Assembly (NCBI RefSeq): GCF_022045235.1
Contig: NW_027266275.1
Span: 34,782,001 to 34,846,000, forward strand
From: Haliotis cracherodii
Taxonomy: Eukaryota
DNA: 64,000 bases
Reading direction: 5' to 3'
Shown here piece by piece: positions 25,515-37,734 of this stretch. The stretch's first letter is position 1. The number at the start of each line of letters is the position of its first letter. The notes below the pieces were generated by a model. That model saw only the letters and a list, made by a program, of their open reading frames with translations, searched no databases and was not told where the DNA came from. Both the position numbers and the translations under genes were made by a program.

Positions 25515-26660
25515 AGCAGGCGGATAGAGAGACAGAGGAAGATAGAGATAGAGACAGAGAGACGTTTGATAGAGAGAAAGAGAGAAAGACGTAGAGATAA
25601 AGAGAGAGACAGACGGTTGGATAGAGACAGAGAGAAAGACGAAGAGATAAAGAGAGAGACAGACGGTTGGATAGAGACAGAGAGAAAGACGAACAGATAA
25701 AGAGAGAGACAGACAGTTGGATAGAGACAGAGAGAAAGACGAAGAGATAAAGAAAGAGACAGACGGTTGAATAGAGATAGAGAGAAAGACGAAGAGATAA
25801 AGAGAGAGACAGACGGTTGGATAGAGAGAAAGAGAGAAAGACGTAGAGATAAAGAGAGAGACAGACGGTTGGATAGAGACAGAGAGAAAGACGAAGAGAT
25901 AAAGAGAGAGGCAGACGGTTGGATAGAGATAGAGAGAAAGAGGTAGAGATAAAGAGAAAGAGACAGACGGTTGGATAGAGATAGAGAGAAAGACGAATAG
26001 ATAAAGAGAGAGACAGACGGTTGGATAGAGAGAAAGAGAGAAAGACGTAGAGATGAAGAGAGAGACAGACGGTTGGATAGAGACAGAGAGAAAGACGTAG
26101 AGATAAAGAGAGAGACAGGCGGTTGGATAGAGACAGAGAGAAAGACGAATAGATAAAGAGAGAGACAGACGGTTGGATAGAGAGAAAGAGAGAAAGACGT
26201 AGAGATGAAGAGAGAGACAGACGGTTGGATAGAGACAGAGAGAAAGACGTAGAGATAAAGAGAGAGACAGGCGGTTGGATAGAGACAGAGAGAAAGACGA
26301 AGAGATAAAGAGAGAGACAGACGGTTGGATAGAGATAGAGAGAAAGAGGTAGAGATAAAGAGAAATAGACAGACGGTTGGATAGAGACAGAGAGAAAGAC
26401 GAAGAGATAAAGAGAGAGACAGACGGTTGGATAGAGAAAAATAGGTAGAAATAAAGAGAGACACACAGAGAGACAGAGGGAGAAACAGGTAGACATAACG
26501 ATAGATACACAGAGAGACAGAGGGAGAAACAGGTAGAGATAAAGAGAGAGACACACAGAGAGACAGAGGGAGAAACAGGTAGATTGAAGACAGACAGACG
26601 GGATGGATAGAGAGACAGAGGGAGAAACAGGTAGAGATAAAGAGTGATAGATGGATAGGT
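25515..26660. repeat. Purine-rich ~50-bp minisatellite (gacagacggttggatagagacagagagaaagacgaagagataaagagaga)
   Basis: agacggttgg recurs with period 50-56. Confidence 0.95.
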
Positions 26661-27116
26661 GACTGTATGGAGAGTGATCGATTGAGTATGGTTTTATGCC
26701 GCATTTAGTAATAGTCCAGCAAAGGGGGCACCAATAATCCCATATTGGGAACCCCACCCAACCGCTTCCTATATGCATAGCTTCATACACGTAGTGATAT
26801 AGAAGGGAGGGAGGGCTCAGTTCCTGCAAACATGATATTCCCTTATGGACAGACAAATAAACTGCAGAGCAAAAGAAAGTATGAACACGAAATGGTTATT
26901 CGATGGTGATGTATGTCAGACGGGTATCACAGGCGCATAATATGCATCATATCAATGAATATCTCACAACAGGGGACGTGCACATGACGTCTCAAGGAAC
27001 ATGGGAGTCACAATTTCGGGGACAGTTTTCAAGTTTATACTTCCCGAGCAGTTTAGATAGTGTCGACGAGCTGACTGATATGAGGGGCTTGCGAAAAGGT
27101 GAAGCTGAAAAGTTGG

Positions 27117-27375
27117 TGTGTTGGTTTGTTGTTTAACGCCGCACGCAGCAATATTCCAGATATATGACGGCGGTCTATAAATAATCGAGTCTGGACCAGA
27201 CAATCCAGTAATTAATATCATGAGCATCGATCCAAGCAAGTGGGATACAATGACATGCATCAACCAAGTCAGCGAGCCTGACCACCCGATCCCGTTAGTC
27301 GCCTCTTATGACAAGCATAGTCGCCTTTGAAGGCAAGCATGGGTTGCTGAAGACCTATTCTACACCGGCTCTTCT
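27117..27375 (-). mobile_element. SINE family A (22-nt duplication variant)
   Basis: Near-identical to 16123-16390. Confidence 0.92.
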
Positions 27376-29902
27376 GAAGCAGAAAAGGGTGGATGGGATG
27401 AGTAAATGCAGGTGGTTTAGGGTCGGTTTAAGGAGAAGTCGATGGGTGAGTAAACGGGTGGAAGTCAGACTGTAGTCGGGTGGATAGATGAGAAGAATGG
27501 TAAGAAAAGGTTGACCAGAAAGGTTAAGGAGATGGATGTATATTGACTTGATTGTCATTGTGGAGGTTAGATGGGCGAGTGGTCCAACCGGTTGCTCGGA
27601 AAAAGAGTGATCAAGTCGGTTATCTGATGGGATGGGCATGTTGGTACACAGGGGAATGATGGGTAGATTTCATGGTCGTCATAGTGATGGAAAGGGTCTG
27701 TCACTAGGTAGCTGTCTGTGAGGGAGTGAGTGAGGTGTATTGTCGCTTAGAGCAGTGTTTCCGTTACATCAGGGGTGTCAGCTTGTTGTGGGAGGAGATC
27801 CCCATGGACCACGTGTTCCCATAGGTACACTCAAGGACTGTAGTAGTGACACTCAAGCAGGAGGGGGTGGGTTGGGGGTTTGGGGCTGGGATGCGAAGGG
27901 AATAAGTGAGCCAATGTTATTAAACGCCACCGTCATCTATACCCAACTACATGATGGCAGCCTGAAAATAATCGAACATGGACAAGAAAAAATGTGACAG
28001 AAAGTATGATCAACGACCAACGATCAACGACCAACGATCAACGACCAACAATTAACGCAATCGATGACATGCATTCAGCTAAGACACAGAACATGACCAC
28101 CAATAACAATTCAGCTCATTGGAAAACTTTGACAATCAATTCCCAAAGGGTGCACGGGCAGAAGAATGACGAGACAGATGCACCAGAAAAGCTGTTTGTA
28201 TGGATCATGTTTTGTTCGAACGATAGATGAATCCCAAAGCTTTGAATAACAGCTTTGTGAGTACACATGTAAATTCATCGCCATATAACCATGTAATAAC
28301 ACTGTATCAAAATTCAATACTTCAGTATAACATTCACCATCTGCACGACACGACACACTGAAGGTATTGGGTTCTCAATATTACCTCTGTGTACAGAGAA
28401 CCATTGGAAACAAGCGGATGTCCTTGATGACAATTGGCGTCGCATGGATGATTTCATCAGATTCGAAGACTTCATTAGTTGCAAATTATATCTACAGATG
28501 TACAAATACCAGATTGGGTTTACATATGAGCATTGTCAGCTAAAGTAATCAAATCTGCGTGTCCTACAACATCACAGGAAGTCAGCATTGCGTGCACTGG
28601 AACGCTTGATATGGTTCGTATTCATTGCAATATATAACAAATGCTGCTTCACGCAAGACCAGATATACAAATATGCGAAAAGGACAGAAATCAACTTTCA
28701 AAGTAAAAATTCAATAATGGTAATTACTTAGTTCAACCCGCTCTGTAATAGTGTCACGAAGAGTGTATACAGAGTGAAAGAGATAAACACACGTCTGGTG
28801 TAATCCGCTGTCTATATGTACATACCATTGTCTTCAGTAGTAATGAATATATTGAAACGAACACACCAACCTGGAATATATACAACCATTATCTATCTGA
28901 GTATGTCATGTGTAAATAAAAATTATCCCGATAGCTGATATCTGCTTTATAAAATCAGAGAAGCCATCCATTTATTTCAGCACTGAAGACACATTGACCG
29001 GACGTATTGTTAACGCTGGCTGCAGATGTTTAACAGCAAGCAGAACGAAATTAATATGTTTTGTCCATGCAATAAAAACACTTTACCTTAAACGCTGTAA
29101 TGTAAAATACGTGATTCGGGCTTCTTAAAAACATTTGGACAGATATAACACAAAAAGCTTTCAGTAATATAATAATAGAGGTATATAAAAACATATAATT
29201 AATCTTAATGGAAAAAGAAACTTCAACTTGATTATTGAATATTTGATTTTTCCATTTTTACATCAAGTTTACAATAACAATTGACCAACTGTGACCAAAT
29301 GAACTGGCATAAATACCATTAATACGTGACAGCGTCGGTTAGGCCTCATCTGTGTGCTACGTCATCAATTGTTGATGACAATGGCATCCTGACTCCACAT
29401 CTACACTTCACATACAATGCATCACCAAGCAGCTGTGACCCCACCCTCCCGGCCCCACCCCCAGGTCCTCTCCCCCTGCACACATGTGTCATCGTCGACC
29501 TGTCAGCCTTGATGAAGCATTGTTGTAGTTGCACATGTCGTCTCGATGATGAAGAGGCCATTTCGGGGACATTAACCGCCATATCGCCCATGATTTCATT
29601 GCGTTCCTGTTATTGTACGGCGTTTCTTTGATCTACCTATAGTAATGCTTAATTAAACGTGAGCGGGATGTTTGTTCGGGATGACTGGGGACTGCAATAG
29701 GGGTCAAAGGCCACGAAAGGGCAATAAATCCCACACCCTCATCCAAGCCTTCAAACAATATTTATTGGTGTTATTTCAATGTACACATTGGATGGTTTAT
29801 TAAAGATTGAATACGTTCGTTCACAGTATCACCATGACATGCTTTGAGAATTTATCAGAATTGGTGCTTTTTGTCTAAAGACGTGCTATAACAAGGATTA
29901 AC

Positions 29903-30097
29903 AGCGGGTTACACAAAGCGATCACAGTGCTACGACTGTCGTAACTCGTTAACTTTAATATGGACTTATGATGGTCGTGGTTCTACGTGGGACCTTGACC
30001 CTTTGTTGCAAAGATTGAACTGCTACGGCTGTCGTAGGTTTTTGTCAACATATAAGTTACGACAGTCGTAAAGCTACGGCCACTTTGTGAGTCCGGC
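29903..30097. mobile_element. Hairpin MITE copies (PIF/Harbinger-like), diverged
   Basis: cacaaagcgatc...tacgactgtcgtaac / gttacgacagtcgta. Confidence 0.6.
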
Positions 30098-30645
30098 ACT
30101 TCTGTCACAAACCGCCCATTGTGCAACAGCTTAACTGTGCGTATTGCATTTTAAACTATGGGTGGTTTGGTAGGTCCATTGGTAATGTGTTCGCTAACCA
30201 CGCATATGATCCGTGTTCTATTCACACCATGATAGGAAGGGTTTCTTGGCCTTTTTTCGGACCGAAACTGAGTGAACGTCGTTACACAATATTTGCGCAT
30301 CTTTGTAACTGCGTCTGTAAATAATCGAAACCGTGACAGCTAAACCAATGGTTTATAACACGAGCAGCGATTCGCTCCATAGGGGTACCATGGTCAGGTC
30401 CCACATCTTAATCAACCAATCCTCAATTTAGTCGGCCCCGACAAGCAAGAATCACGGGTATTCAAACCTATCCCAGAATCCTCACAGAATGGAAATAACG
30501 AAACCCATCCAACTTCCTCGCGGGACTTTGACCCCAGCAACCTATATGCATGTGATAAGTGACTTGTTGGCTTACGTTGCAGTGTGCCCCGACGGCGTGG
30601 AGCAGAGATTATATCACTCACTGGATTGTCCGGTCCAGATTATTA

Positions 30646-30820
30646 CAGTAAAAAAACGGTTTTAACGAACACGTTTATAACGAACTGACGGATATAACGA
30701 ACTTACTTTTTTCCCCTAAAATTTGCTGTAGTTATGCTGTATATATGCTTATAACGAACTACGGTTATAACGAACTAAAATTAGTGGTCCCTTTGAGTTC
30801 GATATAACCGTAGTTTACTG
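30646..30820. mobile_element. pogo/Tigger-like MITE nested in an old SINE A
   Basis: TIRs cagtaaa..acggtt.ta.cgaac / gttcgatataaccgtagtttactg; TA duplicated; internal tataacgaac repeats. Confidence 0.85.
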
Positions 30821-31065
30821 TATTTACAAACCGCGGTCGTATAGCTGTAAATAGAGCTGACCTGGGCAATAAACAACAAACGAACAAATATAAACATCGA
30901 ACCGATATTGTTAAGGAAGATCCTCTCTGTCACAAACGATCCAGCCACGATTAATGTTATTGTTCTCGCAAAACTACCATAGTTTCTGTGTATTGCGGTA
31001 GTCATGTCGGTTTTCATGGAACGATCGATCACGTCAGGATGCTGTTTGATGACATGACCTTTGTA

Positions 31066-31081
31066 TCACTAGATGGCGCTG
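31066..31081 (+). promoter_or_regulatory. CTCF-like motif TCACTAGATGGCGCTG
   Basis: Near-perfect match to CCACTAGATGGCGC. Confidence 0.45.
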
Positions 31082-31594
31082 ACATTATACAACCAAACAT
31101 GATTCCACTCCCACACTATTACCGGGAAAAGTGAATGAGTGAGTGACTTAATTAATGGCGTTTTTGGCGTCGTCAGCAGCGTTGCAGTATCATGGCGACC
31201 CGTCGTCCTTGGCGATGTCGACGCTATTTCATGGCGACTTGTAAATGACCCCAGTTTCGTCTAGACACAGTACTTACTTCCCACTGAGAGCGGGGACATT
31301 AATTAGACCAATTAATATCCTTACTGAGACCAACAATAAGCCTTTCCTACAATTTTGTTTGATGGGTTAGTGTTTTTCAGTCAGCACTCATCAGGCTATA
31401 TGCAATATGATGTCATAATGACCAACGTCCACATTATAGGAGTATGATGAACGTCCTGCTCTGATATATCCATTCGGTACTGACGAGTCCACATGCCAAT
31501 AGTACATACGATATATAACACATACTGAGATGTACTGGAGTACACATGATATACCACATGATATACATAAACATAGATAATTTCTGTGAGAGTA

Positions 31595-31764
31595 GGGGAG
31601 GTCGGGGAGCCTTGTGGTTAAAGCGTTCGCTCGTCACGTCAAAGACCCGGGTTTGATTCCCAACATGGGTACAATGTGTGAAGCCCATTTCTAGTGTCCC
31701 CCGCCATGATATTGCTGGAATATTGCTAAAAGCGGCGTAAAATCAAACTCACTCACTCACTCAC
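31595..31764 (+). mobile_element. SINE family B (tRNA-Asp-like head), full length
   Basis: A/B boxes; cgctcgtcacg anticodon-like arm; (cact)n tail; 12-bp TSD tctgtgagagta. Confidence 0.95.
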
Positions 31765-32065
31765 TCTGTGAGAGTATACTATTAGCACTTGGTCACAAGG
31801 ATGTAATTTGTTACATTCATCTGTCTTAATGGTGCATATATTTGGAACACAAAAAGAAAATGGTACTCGTCTTCAACGACAACAGTTCTACCGCATCGCC
31901 ATACCACCTGCCTAATCAACAAGCGAACTACCGTATCCTCTTAAAGCTGCTTTGATAATGTGATGGATTTTGATAACGTTTGTAATTTTGTGGTCAAATC
32001 CAATTTTCAAGTGTATGCTTTCCTTTGATAGTCTTGTTGTAGCCCTAAGATCTCTTTTAATAAAA

Positions 32066-32352
32066 GGGGGCACGGGTGGCCCAGTCGTCTAAGGCGACGC
32101 GATTCGCTGTGCAGAGTTGCGTCCCTTGGGTACGCCAGAAACCTATGATTGTGGGTTCGAATCCCGGTTCGCCCCGATTATGTTTCTAGGTTTGTCAGCA
32201 CCATACCCGTGCTCGTGGGTTTCACCGAAGTGGTAAACGTCTGAGACCTGCATCACTTCGGGCTTTCCTCCCACATTAAGCTGACACGCCGTGATATAAC
32301 TGGAAAACTGTTAAAAGCGGCGTTAAACTAAACTCACTCACTCACTCACTCA
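32066..32352 (+). mobile_element. SINE family C (tRNA-Leu/Ser-like head with long A-B spacing), full length
   Basis: tggcccagtcgtctaagg A-box, ggttcgaatcc B-box, 14-bp TSD ctcttttaataaaa. Confidence 0.95.
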
Positions 32353-32984
32353 CTCTTTTAATAAAAACATTTAAAAAAACAGATGGCCTTAAAAGGCTTC
32401 CGTAAGTAACAAGATGTAGAAATTTCAAGATACATGTAATTTTACCTTGGAATGCATGTATATAGTGTACATGTTTCATTACACTGATGGCGGCAAATTG
32501 TGAATAAGTAGTAGTAATTCTTGAAATCTAGCATCTTGAAATTTCCACTTAGTATCTTGAAATTTCACGAAAAAACTAAAAAGGCATATGGCCCCAAAAG
32601 GCTTCCGTACAAAGAAAGTATTCACTTGAAAATTGTACCTTCTGACCAGACGCTCTGTCCACTCCCCTCCCCCCCCCCCCCCCTCCCCCCCCCCCCCCCC
32701 CCCCCCCGTCATTTTTACGCTGCTGAGTGAGCCGTTACTCGTCGTTCGTATTGTCATGATCAATCTTTTTGTCTTCTGCATCTAACGCCGCACTCAGCAA
32801 TACTCAGGTTTAATGCGGTAGCCTGTTAACAGTCAAGTCAAACCAGGCTGATATTGTGAACAACGATCCACGTCTTGGGGTGTGTTCACATGCTATCAAC
32901 CCAGCCTTACCACGCGATTCTTTAAGTCACCGTGTACAAGTATAGTTTCCTGAAATCGCCATCGGCCAGAACTGTACGATGTTT

Positions 32985-33203
32985 TGTTTTGTTTGCTGTT
33001 TGTTTGTTGTTTAACGCCACAATATCCCAGCTGACGGCGGGCTGTAAATCGACCAGTGATTGACATCATGAACATCGATCTACGCAACTTAGATACAATA
33101 ATATGCATCAACCTAGTCAGCGAGCCTGACCAACCGATCCCATTAGTCGCCTCTTTGACAATAGTTGGTTGTTGAAGAACAATTCTAACCAGGGTCCTCA
33201 CGG
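32985..33203 (-). mobile_element. SINE family A
   Basis: Full body ending near (g)acccgtg. Confidence 0.88.
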
Positions 33204-33885
33204 GAGGGTAGTGGGAGAGGGGGAGGGGTGGGGAGAGGGATCGGAACTGTAAAAATAACGCTTCTACATATTGTTTATAACGCAGCATAGACTTAATGGT
33301 GTGTACGAGGTCATCCGGCCCAATGTACAGCCCCGATCGATTGGTTAAAGCCGGTGTACAGGGAAACAGGGCCATTAAATGAAGGGCGTTCATTACATCA
33401 ATACTAACATCGTTATGTTCATGTTGAGGAGTACTGCTTAATGGTTCCGACGGTCGTCTCAATCTGATTATTACAATACCACGTGTACCACTCGCTGTTT
33501 AATGTATGTCCCCTATTTGTCGTGGAAGTTATACTGTAAAATATAATTGAACCGTTGATCACTTAATTGTGTCCTATTTGTTTAGGAAGCACTAGCTTGA
33601 CAATGGGAATAGATTATGGTATTGGATTTTGTTAGATTGTTTATGATATAAATACTCAAAAGGGCAGAACAACCCGGGGCGGGAATATGTGCAGCATTCA
33701 CTTGATTCATATAATACATTGTATATAGCATAACAGTCATAACAGCAATTTATCATTTACCATGTCATAATGTTCGTTTGTTGTTTAATGCCGCACTCAA
33801 CAATATTCCAGCTCTATGACGGCGGTACAATTTCATAATGATGTCCACGTAATCTTGATAATGTTCTATGTACCCCTATGAGGAA

Positions 33886-34270
33886 AATACATTTCTCAAC
33901 GGGAGAATAAATCCCTTATACCCCGCCACGAGCAAGTCAGGATGCACGTGGATTTCTGTGACGTAGAATAAATCCATTAAACCCCGCCTCGAAGCAAAAA
34001 GCCGCACGCTTTTTCCGAGTCAATAGAAGTCACGTGACATAGCACACGTTAACCTCAACTCAATCGAACAGCTGTTTGCTATCAATTTTGAATTTGTTTT
34101 AATTCTTTAAAATGCCATATTAAAACATGTCGGTAAGATAAATTCGTTGTAGCAGGATCACTCGAGGTACATGGGGTTTTATTCGTCCCTCGTTAGTTTT
34201 TTAGACCACGAGCTGGAGGACGAATAAAGCCCTTTGAACCTTTCAAGATCCTGCTACAACGTATGTATTT
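33886..34270. mobile_element. Foldback/MITE-like element
   Basis: 15-bp perfect arms at 34145-34159 and 34247-34261; 11-bp inner arms; aaatacat/atgtattt ends. Confidence 0.6.
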
Positions 34271-34319
34271 AGATATATAAACCAGCTGACTCCAAAGGCA
34301 TTCTTATCAGGGACCTCTT

Positions 34320-34576
34320 GTTTGGTTTTATTTGTTTCTTTGTTTGTTGATTAGCGCCGCACTCAGCAATATTCCAGCTATATGACGGTGGTCTGTAAAT
34401 AATCGAGTCTGGAACAGACAGTCTAGTGATTGACACCACGAGGATAGATCTACGCAGTTAGAATACGATGACATGCATCAACCAAGTCAGTGAGCCTGAC
34501 TAGCCGATTCCGTTAGTCGCCTCTTACGACAAGCATGGGTTCCTGTAAACCAATTCTAACCTGGATCTTCACGGGT
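34320..34576 (-). mobile_element. SINE family A, full length
   Basis: Starts ACCCGTGAAGATCC on the minus strand. Confidence 0.92.
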
Positions 34577-34769
34577 GAGGGGCCTCTCGTGATTCACTTA
34601 GCTGAAATCATAATGAAATCTTAGAATGCGCATTGTCACGTTTTGGCCCTAACAAAAAACAAGCAAAAGCTGACAAAATTAACCATCCATATCTCCTTAC
34701 TTTTTGTAAGGGCGACACCGCGACAATGTCCCTTCAGGATTTCATAATAAAGTCATATTTTGTTAAGCG

Positions 34770-34918
34770 AGTGAGTGAGTATGGTTTTACGCCTCTTTCA
34801 GCAATATTCCAGCAATATCACGGCGTTGGACACCCGAAAATGGGCTTCACACATTGGAACCATGTGAGGAATCGAACCCGGGTCTTCGGCGTTAGAAGCC
34901 AACGCTTTAACCGCTGGG
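34770..34918 (-). mobile_element. SINE family B
   Basis: gaatcgaacccgggtcttcggcg. Confidence 0.9.
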
Positions 34919-35054
34919 TCGAGGATTGGGACCATTACTTAATAAACTTTAAACTCTTTATGAAGTCATAAAATATTGTTTCATATTATCTTACATGCAC
35001 AGAAATAACGGTTGATTGCTTTTAATCTTTGATATGCGAAACTATCATTACATT

Positions 35055-35275
35055 GAGAGTATTGTTTTACGCCGTGTTAACGTATTAGTGTTAGTATTCA
35101 AGTGATGTCGGCGGGAGACACCACAAATGGGCTGCACACATTGTAAAGGAAACGAAAAGCGGCGTAAAACCATACTCACTCACTCACTCACTCACTCACT
35201 CACTCACTCACTAAAGGAATCGACGTGGGCACTTTGGCGTGACGAACGAACGCTTAAACCCCATGGGTACCCAAA
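35055..35275 (-). mobile_element. Old SINE B interrupted by a 56-bp opposite-strand SINE tail
   Basis: TSD taaaggaa(a/t)cga at 35144-35155 and 35212-35223. Confidence 0.75.
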
Positions 35276-35282
35276 CGACCTG

Positions 35283-35387
35283 GGCCCACTTGCACAAAGC
35301 GATCTTAGCGCTAAGATGATCGTAACTCCCATCCTTTGACATAGGCTTACACCAGTCGTAGCTAAGATCGCTTTGTGCATGTGGGCC
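35283..35387. mobile_element. PIF/Harbinger-like MITE
   Basis: TIR ggcccacttgcacaaagcgatcttagc / gctaagatcgctttgtgcatgtgggcc; CTG on both sides. Confidence 0.85.
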
Positions 35388-35400
35388 CTGGTCGTTTTAT

Positions 35401-35860
35401 AGGGTAGCGGGGTACAGGTTAAAGCGTTAGCTCACCACTAAGAAGATCTGAGTTTTATTCCCCACATGGGTGCGGCTTGACCCTTTTTGTACCTTCATGA
35501 ACGTGATAGCCTTGTGGTTATATAGAGTTCGCTCGTTACACCGAAGGCCTGACTTTGATTCCTGACAAGATGCGGCGTAATCAGATGGGTGACACCCGTT
35601 TTAGTGCCGAGAGTGGCGGGGTAGCCTAGTGGTTAAACCGTTCGCTCGTTACACCGAAGGCCTGACTTCGATTCCTGACAAGGTGCGGTGTAATCCGATG
35701 GGTGACACCCGTTTTAGTACCTAGACTGGCGGGTTAGCCTATTGGTTAAACCGTTCGCTCGCACGTTGGGTTCGTCTCTCCTCATGGAGACACTGTGTGG
35801 CGCCCGTTCTTAGTGTCCTTGACGAGGCCCAAAACAGCGTAAAAGCCAACCAATTCACTT
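35401..35860 (+). repeat. Tandem array of SINE-B tRNA-like heads (~115-bp unit)
   Basis: tagcct(a/t)gtggtta..gttcgctcg recurs 3-4 times; two units near-identical. Confidence 0.8.
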
Positions 35861-36574
35861 ATTTTCAGAAGAATGAGTAATGTTGCAATAACAATGTTAA
35901 AGGTTGGATATAAACTACGGTATTAATAAATAGCAGTAAATTGTAATATATTTATATGTTACTTATTAATCTGCTCCAGACTGAAAATTCTTAACAAACA
36001 GATCATCAAATCAGATTGACAACCTTAGTCATACCATACATATTTGGGCTAAATAATAGGAAAATACGTCCAATATGAAAGTGCATTCATATCACCGCTG
36101 TATTCATTGACCTTAAATATGACAGACGAAAAACTGAAAACAGGTGATTTATGAAAACGAATTAAGGAAGTTGAGATTCAAACTTTAATAAAACAATTGC
36201 TATACGAACTGACATGCATCATATTCTGTTTGAAGTCATGTCAGTAATAGATGTTTTCAAATGCTTAGGTGACATATGAACTAGACTGATCCATTGGTCC
36301 ACTAGACCATGAAGTAACGGCACTACCTTACGCTAACACACTGAGAGACGAAAAGGCTTTGGATAAATCAGCCAAGACAGGAGCATTTTTCATTTTGTAT
36401 TTTGTAATCTGCTGTCCTTAAAGTCAAATTTAAAAAGAATTACTTTCTCTGAAATATTTAATTGTATTTTTATAACAGAACAATTCACCCTGGGGTACAG
36501 GTGCCCTAGTTGATATCCGCCGTGCAGGTATTCGTCGCTCAAGCGTGCCACACACCTACGATCATCTGGTATCG

Positions 36575-36711
36575 ATCATAGATTTCTGGGTGCCCAAGGG
36601 ATGCAACTTTGCAAGGCGAATTGCAGCACCTGAGACGACTGGGCCACTCATCCACCCGATATAACTGAATTATTGTTCAAAGCGGCGTCAAACCCAACTC
36701 ACTCATTCATC
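36575..36711. mobile_element. 5'-inverted SINE C
   Basis: Head on minus strand (36575-36657) fused to tail on plus strand (36658-36711). Confidence 0.75.
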
Positions 36712-36844
36712 CATAGCGACACAGCTTGAGGTAAGAAATGTTTCCCCTTTTCCAATCTGGATTTATTTTTCGAAATTAAAGGTCAAACATACTTTGCCGT
36801 CGAAAACAAATTTAATAACATGTGGATGTTTAGCTAATAAAAAA

Positions 36845-37060
36845 TGCAGGGCAAATGAAAGGATGTACACCAATGTTTGAGTGTGGCAAAAAATGAAACG
36901 AACAAGAAATGGTTACAGTATGGTGATGTATTTGATACGGGTACCATAGTTGCGTTTTGTAGTGCTTCGGCGACTCTTTTCAGCCTAGTAACGTTGTCAT
37001 GACATTTGTAACGTTTAGTTAAATCCAGTTTTCAAGTGTATACTTTCGTTTGCCTGGTAG
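36845..37060. mobile_element. Tc1-like MITE remnant (family of 45314-45420)
   Basis: ggtgatgtatttgatacgggta shared with 49372; ttttcaagtgtatactttc end. Confidence 0.7.
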
Positions 37061-37156
37061 CTTACGTCTTTGTTTCTGTTTGCAGTAATTGGAACAAAGA
37101 AGAGGTCATAGATAACATTGCCATACCATATCCGGTACTGATCTCATCTTGTAGTC

Positions 37157-37321
37157 GGGGCGATCGGGTAGCCTAGTGGTTAAAGCGTTCGCTTGTCACG
37201 TCAAAGACCCGGGTTCGATTCCCGACATGGGTACAATGTGTGAAGCCCATTTCTGGTGTCCCCCGCCGTGATATTGCTGGAATATTGCTAAAAGTGGAGT
37301 AAACTCATGCTCACTCACTCA
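37157..37321 (+). mobile_element. SINE family B, full length
   Basis: Near-consensus sequence. Confidence 0.95.
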
Positions 37322-37734
37322 TAGTATGTCTCCCAGACCCTAGAGAATAAATTGAAAAAGCAGTCCAACTTAAATCTAGAATGATTTTGGAGGTCTAGAT
37401 TGCCTCAGCTCTGGTCTTAAATAAAGGATTGTTCTGGGCTCCATTTGGATTATATTTTGTTCACTTTGTGGATACTTATTTTTAGATAGGATCACTATAT
37501 TTCTGGGACTAAATGTCAGTCTATTGATCTTGTACCGGTAACATTATTAATTTTACAACAAATAAATAAGATTTAATTGAAGTATATTAAAGATGATTTT
37601 TTTCATTTATTGTCACCATAATACATGTATTACATTTCAGTTACAGCTGATCAAACAAATATCAGCGCCAAAAGCCTTTCCATGACCATAAGAAATGTCA
37701 ACTAAAAGTAGAGTCCATTGTACGATTCCGACTA

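Noticed and set aside
25178-26856. Overlapping 508/469/332-aa ORFs
   Set aside because: All three minus frames are open only because the CT-rich repeat strand lacks stops; Ser/Leu low complexity
31370-31500. Hammerhead cores ctgatgag (minus, ~31390) and ctgacgagtcc (plus, ~31480)
   Set aside because: No proper stem II closing onto GAAA and no stems I/III
32665-32707. Long poly-C tracts (also 41260-41282) as functional G4 elements
   Set aside because: Homopolymer lengths are unreliable in assemblies; no supporting context
37157-37230. tRNA-Asp gene (and other tRNA-like heads)
   Set aside because: Imperfect cloverleaf, continues into SINE body and tail; many diverged copies with TSDs
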